The notes under the pieces: generated by a model | Seen by the model: only the letters and a program-made list of their open reading frames with translations | Databases searched by the model: none | What the model was told of the DNA's origin: nothing | Translations under genes and position numbers: made by a program | Shown: in pieces, positions 9,811 to 19,938 of the stretch | Layout: each line of letters begins with the position of its first letter | How positions within the stretch are numbered: the first letter of the stretch is position 1 | DNA from: a bacterium | GTDB taxonomy: Bacteria > UBA8248 | DNA: 64,000 bases | Assembly: GCA_965213625.1 (NCBI GenBank) | Contig: CBDBZU010000004.1 | Location: 1,888,001 to 1,952,000 of the forward strand | Direction of reading: 5' to 3'

Positions 9811-10164
9811 ACCCTCGCGCCCGTGAAAGGCGCACCCTATATCGTCTTTCATGATGCGTATCAATACATGGAGAAACGCTACGGGTTGAACGCTATCGGG
9901 TCGGTTTCCCTCTCGCCCGAGAAAAAGCCGGGCACGGCGCGGCTGGTGGAGATTCGCAAGAAGATCAAGAACACGAAATCGATATGCGTGTTCACCGAGC
10001 CGCAGTTTCAACCCAAACTGGTGCGGACCATCATCAAAGGCACGGACGCGAGGACGGGCGTGCTGGATCCACTGGGCGCAAAGGTTCCCGCCGGTGAGGA
10101 CGCGTATTTCACCCTCATGCGCAACATGGCGAAATCGCTCAAGGGGTGTCTTGCAGGGAAATAG
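9811..10164 (+). pseudogene. znuA: Duplicated 3' third of znuA
   Basis: Collinear with 3265-3618, last ~75 nt almost identical; lacks a signal peptide and N-terminal domain. Confidence 0.88.
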
Positions 10165-10290
10165 TTCACGGCGGCGCTTCCGGGGAATAGGAGGCGAGAC
10201 GGCCCGAGGCCGCTTTATTGCCACAACATATTCTCCATGCATTTCATGGATAATCGGCAGGTTTGTCTGGGCAGGAGGTGGTCTGACAGT

Positions 10291-11619
10291 CTAGAATTCC
10301 GCGTCTTCGGATCCAGGAATCTTGAGAGAACGGAAATGGCCCTCCAGTTCGCCCAGCGGAGCCGTGGCGTCCAAGCCCATCTTCGTCGTCACGCCATTCT
10401 CAGCGGAAGGGTCGAGGCGGCTGCCCCATGCGCCGGGAACGACGAACAAATCCTTGTCCGCCTGAAAGCGCGTGGCCAGCGCCCAGTCGACCTGCGTCGG
10501 GTTGTGGATGTCGATGTCGTGATCCACGCAGATGGCGTGCTTGACGTCGTAGTGCGCGGCGAGCGCCGCCATGAGTGCGCTTTTCGCTTCCCCCTCGTTG
10601 GTTTTCCGTATCTGGACGGTGCAGTGGAAGCGACCCGCGCCGGAGAGGGGGAGCACGACGTCCGTAACGGCGGGGACGGCTTTCTGGAGGTCTCTGAGGA
10701 GTCCCGCCTCCCTCGGCACGGCGCCCATAAGCAGATGGTCGTAGCCCGCCGCCACGATGGAATAAAAAACGGGTTCCTCGCGCATGGCGATGGATTTTAC
10801 CCGGAAGACCTCGCGTTCTCCCGCCGGGCTGTAGTAGCGAGGAAACTCGCCGAAAGGCCCTTCGCGCCTGCGTTCATTCGGCGGTATTTCCCCCTCGATA
10901 ACAATTTCGGTTCCCGCTGGCACGGGAATCCCCGACCAGGGGGCGGGGGCGACGTCCACGGCGCGGCCCTTAAGTCCGCCCGCCGCTTCCAGTTCGTCCT
11001 CCCCGGGCGCGAGCACGAGCTGGCTCGCCATCAGAAGCAGTGGGTCGAGACCCACGCAGACGGCCGCCTTAAGAGCTTCTCCGCGCTCTGCGGCGCGCCG
11101 AATCATCCCCTTCAGATGGCGCGGCAGGACGAGCAGGCCGAACAGGTCGGATTCTAAGGCGTGCATCCTGTGAATCGATACGTTGCCCGCGCCGGAATCG
11201 GGGTCCTGGGCGAAGAAGACGCCGGCGGAAATGTAGGGGCCGCCGTCCAGTTCATGGTAGGTGGGGAGGGGGAGAATTTTCTGAACGTCGATATCTTTGG
11301 TGATGACCGTGCGTAAAAACGGCGCATCGGCGATTACGTTCGGTTTTATCTTGATTTCCTGTCTACGCTGAACCTCGGTGAGCAATTCTCCGGGCGCCAC
11401 CCCCATGGCGTCGGCGTACCATTCTCTTTTGCAGGCGATGTTGGCGACGACGGGCATCGGCGCGCCGTCGGTTTGCTCGAATAGGAGTGCGGTCCGGCCA
11501 TCCGCTTTTTGCGACAAGGCGGCGAGTTCATGGCGGAGCGATACGCTGCGCGATACGCGCTTGAGCGAACCCCGCTCATTGAGGTGCGTGAGCCATGTTT
11601 TGAGGTCATGAGCGTTCAT
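10291..11619 (-). CDS. UbiD-family (prFMN-dependent) decarboxylase
   Basis: DGGPYISAG, NVSIHRM, EGPFGEF, VDHDIDI and WALATR motifs. Confidence 0.92.
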   Translation of the reverse strand: MNAHDLKTWLTHLNERGSLKRVSRSVSLRHELAALSQKADGRTALLFEQTDGAPMPVVANIACKREWYADAMGVAPGELLTEVQRRQEIKIKPNVIADAPFLRTVITKDIDVQKILPLPTYHELDGGPYISAGVFFAQDPDSGAGNVSIHRMHALESDLFGLLVLPRHLKGMIRRAAERGEALKAAVCVGLDPLLLMASQLVLAPGEDELEAAGGLKGRAVDVAPAPWSGIPVPAGTEIVIEGEIPPNERRREGPFGEFPRYYSPAGEREVFRVKSIAMREEPVFYSIVAAGYDHLLMGAVPREAGLLRDLQKAVPAVTDVVLPLSGAGRFHCTVQIRKTNEGEAKSALMAALAAHYDVKHAICVDHDIDIHNPTQVDWALATRFQADKDLFVVPGAWGSRLDPSAENGVTTKMGLDATAPLGELEGHFRSLKIPGSEDAEF

Positions 11620-11677
11620 GCGCGTATGATGGCAAATGGAGGGATGAGCGTCAAAAGCACGCAAGGAGCGAAGAGCA

Positions 11678-12574
11678 TCACATTTCTTGCGTTATCAAAG
11701 TTTCTTTCAGCATGGTGAGATAGTCGTTGGCGTAGGGCGGGAGGTAGACGTCGTTTCGCCGAAACAGGCCGATGCGTTTTTTCCCGAAAAGATGGGATAT
11801 GTTGGCGGTTCGCCATCCAGTTGTTGTTTCGGGCCGGGGCCAGAGCGCGTTGACGACCGCGATGCCCGCCCCGTTCAGAACGGCTTCGTTGATAAGGGTG
11901 TAGGAGGACGTTTCGAAAACGACGTTGATGGATAAACCCTGCTTCTCGAAGGTATGCTCGATGTGCTGGCGATCCGCCGTGCCGCGTTCCAGCAGTATGA
12001 GCGGATGCGCCGCGATCTTTTCGAGAGAGATTTTCTCTTCCTTCAAGGCGGCGTGCCCCTCTGGAAAAAAGAGAAGGTAGTCCGTCTCCGTCCACTCTTC
12101 GAAGGAGAAATTTCCCCGCGCCTCGGGCGCCGAGCCGAAAGCGAAATCGACGGCGCCTTCGGAGACGTGCTCGAGCAGATTCGTCCAGTTTCGCTCCAGC
12201 ACGGATATCTGGACGTTCGGGTAGCGTTCGCGAAACTTGAGGAGCGCTTCCCTGTGGCCTTTTAGAATCAACATGGGGGCGGCTTCCGCCACGACGAGCC
12301 GCCCGTGCGTCTCCCCGCGCAGATGCCTTTCGACCGTCTCGAGGGACTCAAAAAAAGGTTTCACGGCGTCGTAGAGGTACTCGCCGCTCGGTGTTAATTG
12401 AAACTTGCGACCGACGATCTGGTAGAGCTTCACTTGAAGGTCTTCTTCAAGCGCTTTCACCCGGATGCTGAGGGCGGGCTGCTGGATGGGGAAGGATGAT
12501 TGTCTCGCCGCACGGGTAAAGCCGCCGTGTTTCGCCACGTAGTAGAAGTATTCGAGTTGTCTCAGATTCAACAT
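11678..12574 (-). CDS. LysR-family transcriptional regulator
   Basis: N-terminal HTH LRQLEYF...FTRAA...QPALSIRVKALEEDL. Confidence 0.92.
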   Translation of the reverse strand: MLNLRQLEYFYYVAKHGGFTRAARQSSFPIQQPALSIRVKALEEDLQVKLYQIVGRKFQLTPSGEYLYDAVKPFFESLETVERHLRGETHGRLVVAEAAPMLILKGHREALLKFRERYPNVQISVLERNWTNLLEHVSEGAVDFAFGSAPEARGNFSFEEWTETDYLLFFPEGHAALKEEKISLEKIAAHPLILLERGTADRQHIEHTFEKQGLSINVVFETSSYTLINEAVLNGAGIAVVNALWPRPETTTGWRTANISHLFGKKRIGLFRRNDVYLPPYANDYLTMLKETLITQEM

Positions 12575-12887
12575 GGATACCTCATGAAACCATATGCCGT
12601 GTTGCATATCATTTCATTATGAATTTTGATGGTACGATGCTGTGCTGATCGGGCTCGTTTTCTCGTATTTCTTGCGAATAACTGGTGATAAAAGAAAACG
12701 ATCTTCCAAGGCACGATAAAATTATATGAGATATCCATTAAATTATTCAATAGGTTCGATTCAAATTTTCCCCATTGCGAATCCGCTGTCTTGCGTTTAA
12801 TCTACCAATGGAGCGTATATTTTTTCGACAGCCGATATGAGAGTTTCAGCGCGTTGTGAGCAAGGGGCGAGCATCCGCCCCGCAGTG

Positions 12888-13853
12888 ATGGAGAAAAACG
12901 TGACGCAAGATTATCTATCGCTCAGGGAACAAACCCAGTCGCGGGATCGCAGCCTGAGAGACAAGGTGATGACGCTCGAGGAGGCCTGCGATTTCGTGAA
13001 TGATGGCGAACATGTCAGCCTGGGCGGCTCCACGGCCTCGAGAACCCCCTTCGCCATGATATGGGCGCTGATACGTGCGAGGAAGAAAAACCTTTCCTTC
13101 TCGCGCAGCATCGTCTCTACCGAAGGCGACCTCATCTTCGCCTCGGGGGTCGGGAATCACATTCTCACGAGCTGGTTCAGCCAGGGAATCGTCTGGGGCG
13201 TATCGCGCGTCATGCGGCATTTCACCGAGAACAGGCTGGCTCGTTTCGAGGAATGGAGCCATATGTCCATCGGCCTGCGCTACAGGGCGGGCGCCATGGG
13301 CGTTCCGTTCATGCCGATGCGCTCGATGATGGGTTCGGACGTAGCCGGGCAGCTCGATAATCTCGAAGAGATGACTTGCCCATTCACGAGCGAGAAAATC
13401 CTCTTGGTTCCTGCTTTGAACCCCGACGTCGCCTTGATTCACGTGCAACGTTGCGACCCCTACGGCAACGCGCAACTGGACGGCCTGACGTTCATGGATA
13501 TCGACATGGCGATGGCGGCGAACCGCGTCATCATCACCACCGAGCGCATCATCTCGAACGATCAGATTCGCAGAAGGCCCGATCAGACGAGGATCCCCTT
13601 CTTCACCGTCGACGCGGTGGTGGAGGCGCCTTACGGCTGCGCGCCGCATGAATGCTTCGGCGTCTATGAGCCTTTATTCTCACACATGGACTATTATGCC
13701 GAACTCACGAGGAAAGAGCCGATGGAAGGCGTGAAGACGTATCTGGATGAATACTTCTACGCGCCCAAGAGCTGGACGGAATATCTGAATCTCATCGGCT
13801 TGGAGAAGCTCTTGGATGCGGCACGCAGGGGGAGGAGCATTTATGACGACTGA
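12888..13853 (+). CDS. CoA-transferase subunit A (glutaconate CoA-transferase-like)
   Basis: DKVMTLEEA, AGAMGVPFMP, VPALNPDVALIHVQRCDPYGN. Confidence 0.87.
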   Translation: MEKNVTQDYLSLREQTQSRDRSLRDKVMTLEEACDFVNDGEHVSLGGSTASRTPFAMIWALIRARKKNLSFSRSIVSTEGDLIFASGVGNHILTSWFSQGIVWGVSRVMRHFTENRLARFEEWSHMSIGLRYRAGAMGVPFMPMRSMMGSDVAGQLDNLEEMTCPFTSEKILLVPALNPDVALIHVQRCDPYGNAQLDGLTFMDIDMAMAANRVIITTERIISNDQIRRRPDQTRIPFFTVDAVVEAPYGCAPHECFGVYEPLFSHMDYYAELTRKEPMEGVKTYLDEYFYAPKSWTEYLNLIGLEKLLDAARRGRSIYDD

Positions 13854-14616
13854 GACGAAAGACTTCACGGCGTCGGAGCTTTTGTGCGTCATGAGCGCCC
13901 GCGCGCTCGAGGACGGTCAGGTGGTTTTCGCAGGCGTGGGGATTCCGCTTTTGGCGGCCACGCTGGCCCAGCGCCTCCATGCCCCGGGCGTGACGATTCT
14001 TTTCGAAGGAGGCACCATCGGCCCGCACGTCGTGCCCGGTCAGCTTCCGCCCACGACGAACGAGCAGCGCTGCACGCGCAAGGCGAACATGCTGGTGAGC
14101 ATCACCGAGGTGCTGCTCCTGCTCCAGCGCGGTTACGTGGACGTGGGCTTCATGGGAGGCGCTCAAATTGATCAGTACGGCAACCTGAACAGCTCCTTCA
14201 TCGGAAGCGCTGACGATCCTTCCGTGCGGCTGCCCGGCACGGGCGGGGGGAACGACATCTCGAGCCTCACCAGGATGATCGTGGCGATGCCGCAGGAAAA
14301 GCGCCGTTTTGTGGAAAGCGTGGATTTCATCACCAGCCCCGGCTATATCAGAGGCGGTACTTCGAGGCGCGATTCGGGCTTGATAGCCGGGGGCATGTAC
14401 CGCGTGGTCACTGATCTCGCGATTCTGGGGTTCGATGACGACACGGGCCGTATGCGCGTCGAGGCCCTGCACCCGGGCGTCACACCCGAACAGGCGCAGG
14501 AAAACACGGGCTTTGAGCTGATCATCGACTCATCGGTGGGAACCACGGAGCCGCCCACGGAAGAGGAACTGGCCGCGCTTCGCCATCTGGATCCGGACAA
14601 GGTCTACACCGCATAA
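13843..14616 (+). CDS. CoA-transferase subunit B
   Basis: VFAGVGIP, FEGG, GGAQIDQYGNLN, RLPGTGGGND. Confidence 0.88.
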   Translation: MTTETKDFTASELLCVMSARALEDGQVVFAGVGIPLLAATLAQRLHAPGVTILFEGGTIGPHVVPGQLPPTTNEQRCTRKANMLVSITEVLLLLQRGYVDVGFMGGAQIDQYGNLNSSFIGSADDPSVRLPGTGGGNDISSLTRMIVAMPQEKRRFVESVDFITSPGYIRGGTSRRDSGLIAGGMYRVVTDLAILGFDDDTGRMRVEALHPGVTPEQAQENTGFELIIDSSVGTTEPPTEEELAALRHLDPDKVYTA

Positions 14617-14631
14617 CCACATGGAGCTGTC

Positions 14632-15900
14632 ATGAGCGCCGAGCACAGAGAAAAAATTCTAGCCCAGGTCGACGCCCATCGGGACGAGATAATCGCCCTG
14701 CTCGCCAAGCTCGTGCAGATACCGAGCGTGACGGGGGATGAGGAGGAGATTCAAGGCTACATCGCGGATTTCCTGCGCGAGATGAACTTGGAAGTCGACG
14801 TCTGGGAATCAGACTGGGAGGAGCTTAAAAAACACCCCGAATACGTGCCCGTCACGAGGGGCTATGAGGGGAGGCCGAACGTGGTCGCCGTCCTCAAGGG
14901 CTCGGGTGGAGGCAAGTCGCTCCTGATGAACGGCCACACCGACACCGTCCCCAACGGCCCGGATGACGCCTGGGAGCATGGGCCGCTCTCTGCGGATATC
15001 GAGGGCGGCCGTCTGTACGGGCGCGGCGCTTCGGACATGAAAAGCGGGGTGGCGGCCATTATGATGGCGGCGAAATGCTTCATGGCGGCGGGGCTCAGGC
15101 CCAAGGGTGATGTGATTCTCGATTTCGTTGTGGATGAGGAGTTGAGCGGTCACGGCACGCTCGACACCATTTTGCGCGGCTATACGGCGGATGCGGGCAT
15201 ATGCTGCGAGACGAGCGGGAACGCCATCCAGCCCGGCTGCATCGGCAGAATCTGGTTCGAGATTCTGGTACGAGGAAAGGCGGCGGGCATCCAGCGGAGA
15301 TATCAGGGCGTGAACGCCATCGACCTGGGCTACAAGATCGTTCAGGCGGTGGCCGATCTTGAGAAAAAACGCCTGGAGACGGTATCCCATCCGCTGTATC
15401 CCAAGATCATCGACGCGATACCCTGCATGGTCGGCTCGATGGAGGCCGGGAGTTTCCCGAGCGCTTTCCCGGACACCTGCGTCCTTAAGGGGAGTCTCGC
15501 CACCGTGCCCGGCGAGGATCACGACGCGGCCAAGCAGAGCCTGGTCGATCAGGTGGCGCAGGCGGCGCAGGATGACCCGTGGATGAAGGATCATCCGCCG
15601 GAAGTGCGTTTCGTGGGGTATTACGCCGAATCGGCGGCGGTGGACGCTGAACACCCGATCGTCAAGACGGTGGCGAGCGCTTACCATGAAGTATCGGGCA
15701 ATACACCTGAAATATCGGGACGCCAGGGAGCGGCGGACACACGCTTTTTGAACGGTTTCGCCGGCATCCCGACGGTGATCTTCGGCCCGGGTCCCACCAC
15801 CCAGATGCACGCGAACAACGAGTGGGTGGCGGTGGAAGACGTGATCGACGCGACGAAAACACTGGCGCTCTCCATTCTGGATTGGTGCGGAGCGGAATAA
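14632..15900 (+). CDS. M20 ArgE/DapE-family amidohydrolase
   Basis: LMNGHTDTV, GRGASDMKSG, VDEE, MHANNE. Confidence 0.9.
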   Translation: MSAEHREKILAQVDAHRDEIIALLAKLVQIPSVTGDEEEIQGYIADFLREMNLEVDVWESDWEELKKHPEYVPVTRGYEGRPNVVAVLKGSGGGKSLLMNGHTDTVPNGPDDAWEHGPLSADIEGGRLYGRGASDMKSGVAAIMMAAKCFMAAGLRPKGDVILDFVVDEELSGHGTLDTILRGYTADAGICCETSGNAIQPGCIGRIWFEILVRGKAAGIQRRYQGVNAIDLGYKIVQAVADLEKKRLETVSHPLYPKIIDAIPCMVGSMEAGSFPSAFPDTCVLKGSLATVPGEDHDAAKQSLVDQVAQAAQDDPWMKDHPPEVRFVGYYAESAAVDAEHPIVKTVASAYHEVSGNTPEISGRQGAADTRFLNGFAGIPTVIFGPGPTTQMHANNEWVAVEDVIDATKTLALSILDWCGAE

Positions 15901-15916
15901 GACCGAGGGAATCGAC

Positions 15917-16873
15917 ATGTCAGGAACAGACGTCAAGTACGGAATCGCCATGCGGAATTTCACCGCTTATCCAGAACTCCCCGACGCGGAGGCGCTCATC
16001 GAATACGGCGTCGCCATGGAGGAGTTGGGCTTCGAATCCCTGTGGGTGTGGGACCACATTCTGCTGGGCGTGGAGCCGCACTTTCCCATCATCGAGTCGT
16101 TGACGCTCCTGACGGCGGTGGCCGCTCGGACGAGCAAAATCAAGCTCGGCACGGGTGTGCTCGTCTTGCCGCTCAGGAACCCGCTCGTCGTGGCGAAGCA
16201 ATTATCGAGTATCGATCAGATCTCGAACGGCCGGCTCGTCGTCGGTATGGCGTCGGGCTGGTACAAACGTGAGTTCGACGCGGTGGGCGTTCCTTTCGAG
16301 AAACGCGGCAACATCATGGATCAGAACATCGAGATCATCACGAGGCTGTGGACCGAGGATATGGTGCGCGCCGAATATGGACAATACAATCTTAGAAACT
16401 CCGTCATGTTCCCGAAGCCCGTGCAGAGCCCGAGGCCGAGCATTCTCATCGGGGGTTACGTCGATCGCGTGCTCAAGCGCGCCGGAGAAAAGGGCGACGG
16501 CTGGCTCACCTACTTCTATACGCCCGAGAGCTTTACGAAGTCATGGGTAAAAGTGCTCCGCTTCGCGGAAGAAGCAGGACGCGATCCCGCCATGCTCGAG
16601 AGTACGAACCAGCTTCCCATCATGGTGGGGGATTCACGCGCTGATATCGAGGAGCCGATGAACGAATGGCTCCACACGGAGTGGGACTACGCCTCCTGGA
16701 GCGAGTCCACGGCAGAGAGCGCCGTTATGGGAAACGTTGATGAGTGCGTGGCGCAGCTCCAGGCCCACGTCGACACCGGGGTCGACCGGCTCATTTTCGT
16801 TCCCTACAAATACCAGATGGAACAGGTGGAAATAGTGGCGAAGGAAATCATCCCTCGTCTGAGAGCGGGGTAG
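15917..16873 (+). CDS. LLM-class flavin/F420-dependent oxidoreductase
   Basis: GFESLWVWDH, KLGTGVLVLPLRNP, PKPVQSPRP. Confidence 0.9.
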   Translation: MSGTDVKYGIAMRNFTAYPELPDAEALIEYGVAMEELGFESLWVWDHILLGVEPHFPIIESLTLLTAVAARTSKIKLGTGVLVLPLRNPLVVAKQLSSIDQISNGRLVVGMASGWYKREFDAVGVPFEKRGNIMDQNIEIITRLWTEDMVRAEYGQYNLRNSVMFPKPVQSPRPSILIGGYVDRVLKRAGEKGDGWLTYFYTPESFTKSWVKVLRFAEEAGRDPAMLESTNQLPIMVGDSRADIEEPMNEWLHTEWDYASWSESTAESAVMGNVDECVAQLQAHVDTGVDRLIFVPYKYQMEQVEIVAKEIIPRLRAG

Positions 16874-16910
16874 TATAAGGAATCACGCGCCGCCTCACGG
16901 GAGCAGCACA

Positions 16911-17963
16911 ATGCAAGTGACATCGAGAGCATGGGATAGCCTGGCTTCGGTATCGGAGACGATTTTCGACGCGGTGGGTTTTACACCGCTTGTGAAACTC
17001 GGCCGCATCGCACAAGGACTGGGACCTGAGATTTTCGCCAAAATCGAATGGTTTTCCCCCACGGGCAGCTTGAAAGACCGCATCTATGAGCAGATGATCT
17101 CCCGCGCCGAGGAGCGGGGGGAGTTGACGCCAGGGAAGGTGATTCTGGAGTGTTCGTCCGGCAATGCGGGCATCGCCTGTGCAGCTGCCGCCGCGGTCAA
17201 AGGGTACGCGTGCATCATCGTCATGCCGGAGTTGATGAGTCCCGAGCGAAAGAAGATGATTAGCGCCTTTGGGGCGGAACTCATCACGACGCCGGGTGGG
17301 GAGAGCGATGTGGACGTCGCCCTCGTGCGTATGAAGGAAATAGCCGCGAGCGACCCCGGCAGATACTGGGTACCCGCCGAATTCGAGAATATGGACAACG
17401 TGGATACGCATTACACCACCTCGGGTCCTGAAATCTGGGAACAGTTGGATGGCCGCGTGGATGCGCTCATCGCTGCGGTAGGCACGGGCGGCTGGCTCAC
17501 GGGCGTGGGACGGTTTTTAAGAGAGAAAAACCCGAAGCTCAAAATCTACGGCGTGGAGCCGACGGAATCGCCTCTCATCAGCGAGGGAATATGCTGCGGG
17601 CACGGTATCGCGGGAATCGGCGACGGACTGATTCCCAACATACTGGATTTATCGATCATCGACGGCATCATCACCGCCTCGACCGAAGAATCGCTCCGCA
17701 TGGCGAGGCGCGCATCGCGCGAAGAGGGACTTTTCTGCGGCATCTCCTCGGGCTGCAACCTGGCGGCTGCGGTAAAGTTCGCGCGCTCTTACCCCGATGC
17801 CGGTCGAATCGTCACCATTTTCGGGGATTCGGGGCAGCGCTACTTCTCCACCCCGCTTTGCCATGACGAATCGGGCATGGAGGCGGCGCTGCAGGACGTT
17901 GTCGAAGGAGACAGGGAGATGATGCTCCAGAAATTCAGAACCTCGTGGGAGATCATCGAATAG
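16911..17963 (+). CDS. PLP-dependent cysteine-synthase-family enzyme 1
   Basis: PTGSLKDR (PLP lysine), SSGNAG, GTGG, GIGDG. Confidence 0.88.
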   Translation: MQVTSRAWDSLASVSETIFDAVGFTPLVKLGRIAQGLGPEIFAKIEWFSPTGSLKDRIYEQMISRAEERGELTPGKVILECSSGNAGIACAAAAAVKGYACIIVMPELMSPERKKMISAFGAELITTPGGESDVDVALVRMKEIAASDPGRYWVPAEFENMDNVDTHYTTSGPEIWEQLDGRVDALIAAVGTGGWLTGVGRFLREKNPKLKIYGVEPTESPLISEGICCGHGIAGIGDGLIPNILDLSIIDGIITASTEESLRMARRASREEGLFCGISSGCNLAAAVKFARSYPDAGRIVTIFGDSGQRYFSTPLCHDESGMEAALQDVVEGDREMMLQKFRTSWEIIE

Positions 17964-17993
17964 GGTATTTCCCTTCTTATTAAGGCGTAAGAA

Positions 17994-19049
17994 ATGGGTA
18001 TTCAAAAAAGAACTTGGGATTCTTACAAACGCTATTCGGAAAACATTTTCGACGCCATCGGGGGTACGCCTCTGGTTCGCTTGAACAAAGTGGCGGCGGA
18101 CGTGGAGCCCGAAGTCTATGCGAAGCTCGAGTGGTACTCGCCCTCGGGGAGCCTCAAGGACCGCATCTACTACAACATGATCTTGAATGCAGAGGAACGC
18201 GGCGACTTGAAAGCCGGCATGACGGTGCTCGAATGCTCTACCGGCAACGCAGGCATCGCCTGCGCTTTCGTATCCGCGGTGAAGGGTTACTCCTGCATCG
18301 TCGTTATGCCCGAGGGCATGAGCGATGAGCGCAAAAAGCTCATGCGCGCCTACGGGGCCGATCTGGTGTTTACGCCGGGTGGGGAGAGCGACGTCGACTT
18401 GGCGCTCGATAAACTCGAAGAAATCCGGGCGGCTACGCCCGAGAAATACTGGGTTCCCGCCCAATTCGACAACCTCGACAACAACGAGGCGCATTACCTT
18501 ACGACGGGGCCTGAGATTTTTGAGCAATTGGATGGGCGTGTCGACGCCGTGGTAGCGTCGCAGGGAACGGGTGGCTGGGTGAGCGGCGTGGGGAAATTCC
18601 TGCGCGAGGACAACCCGGACGTTAGGCTCTACGCCGTGGAGCCTGAGGAATGTCCGCTCTTGAGCGAGCGGGGCTGGGGGCCGCACGGCATCGAGGGCAT
18701 CGGGGACGGCTTCGTGCCCAGGGCGCTCGATTTGTCGCTGCTAACGGGCATCGTAACGACGACGACGGATGAATCGGTCGAAATGGCGCAGCGCCTCGCA
18801 CGCGAGGAGGGGGTTTTTTGCGGTATTTCCTCGGGCTGCAACGTGGCGGCCGCCGTCAAGCTGGCCCGCAGGCATCCCGAACTGGCCAACATCGTCACGA
18901 ACATCAATGACACGGGACAACGCTATTTCACCACCGCCTTGTGCGGGGAGGAGAAACACGTCGATATTCCCGAGCGCGAGCACCACGTGGACCCATACAG
19001 CGCGGCGCAACTCGATCGATATTCGAGCGAATGGGAAATCATCACCTAG
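17994..19049 (+). CDS. PLP-dependent cysteine-synthase-family enzyme 2
   Basis: PSGSLKDR, STGNAG, GTGG, HGIEGIGDG; paralogue of the upstream gene. Confidence 0.9.
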   Translation: MGIQKRTWDSYKRYSENIFDAIGGTPLVRLNKVAADVEPEVYAKLEWYSPSGSLKDRIYYNMILNAEERGDLKAGMTVLECSTGNAGIACAFVSAVKGYSCIVVMPEGMSDERKKLMRAYGADLVFTPGGESDVDLALDKLEEIRAATPEKYWVPAQFDNLDNNEAHYLTTGPEIFEQLDGRVDAVVASQGTGGWVSGVGKFLREDNPDVRLYAVEPEECPLLSERGWGPHGIEGIGDGFVPRALDLSLLTGIVTTTTDESVEMAQRLAREEGVFCGISSGCNVAAAVKLARRHPELANIVTNINDTGQRYFTTALCGEEKHVDIPEREHHVDPYSAAQLDRYSSEWEIIT

Positions 19050-19070
19050 CATCTACCGCAGGTAAGACAG

Positions 19071-19937
19071 ATGGTTTACGCTCAGATTCTGATTAACAGC
19101 ATTCTCCTGGGAGGCATATACGCCTGCATCGCAGTCGGCTTCTCGCTCGTCTGGGGCGTAATGAACATCCTCAACATTATGCACGGTACGTTCTTGATGC
19201 TGGGTGGCTACGTTACGTTCTGGATGTTCAAGCTCTACGGGGTGGATCCGTTTTTATCCCTCCCAGTTTCCGCCGTCACCATGTTCTGCGCCGGTTATGT
19301 AGTGCAGCGCGGATTGATCAACAAAATCGTACGCGCGCCCATGTTCATGTCCTTGATTCTCACCTTCGGACTTCAATTGCTCGTCGTGAGGCTGGCGATT
19401 TATTTCTTCACCGGTGATTTTAGGTCGGTTCAGCCCACCTATGCGGGTTTTTCCATTCCCCTCATGGGTCTTTCGATACCGTTCGTTCGAGTTTCCATTT
19501 TTGTGCTGGGCGTCGTTCTCACGAGCATTCTCTTCTGGTTCATGGGGCACACGCGCACGGGCCGGGCCATACGCGCGACGCGGATGGATTTGGACTCCGC
19601 CCAGTTGATGGGCGTCGACATCGGAAGAATCTACGCCATCACGTATGGAATCGGCGCAGCCGCTGCCGCCACGTCGGGGTCCCTGGTGAGCGTGGGTTTC
19701 GCCATTTCGCCGGTGAGTGACGTGGAGTTCCTCTCGAAATCTTTCATCATCTGCACCATCGGAGGTCTCGGAAACATCACGGGTGCGCTTGCGGGGGGGC
19801 TGATCCTGGGACTCGCCGAGAATTTCGGGGCCCTGTATCTCGGCCCCGGGCTGCAAAACGCCATCGGCTACGTGCTCTTGATTCTGGTGCTCTTCATCAA
19901 GCCGTCGGGCCTGCTGGGCAGAAAGGGTTTTGAATAG
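19071..19937 (+). CDS. Branched-chain-amino-acid-type ABC permease (LivH-like)
   Basis: GFSLVWGVMNILNIMHG, TRTGRAIRA, GGLGNITGA. Confidence 0.9.
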   Translation: MVYAQILINSILLGGIYACIAVGFSLVWGVMNILNIMHGTFLMLGGYVTFWMFKLYGVDPFLSLPVSAVTMFCAGYVVQRGLINKIVRAPMFMSLILTFGLQLLVVRLAIYFFTGDFRSVQPTYAGFSIPLMGLSIPFVRVSIFVLGVVLTSILFWFMGHTRTGRAIRATRMDLDSAQLMGVDIGRIYAITYGIGAAAAATSGSLVSVGFAISPVSDVEFLSKSFIICTIGGLGNITGALAGGLILGLAENFGALYLGPGLQNAIGYVLLILVLFIKPSGLLGRKGFE

Positions 19938-19938
19938 C

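Noticed and set aside
10237-11157. Long antisense ORFs, for example 10237-11157, 25988-27358, 43172-44311 and 54616-55896
   Set aside because: Shadow ORFs opposite well-supported GC-rich genes, with no recognisable motifs.
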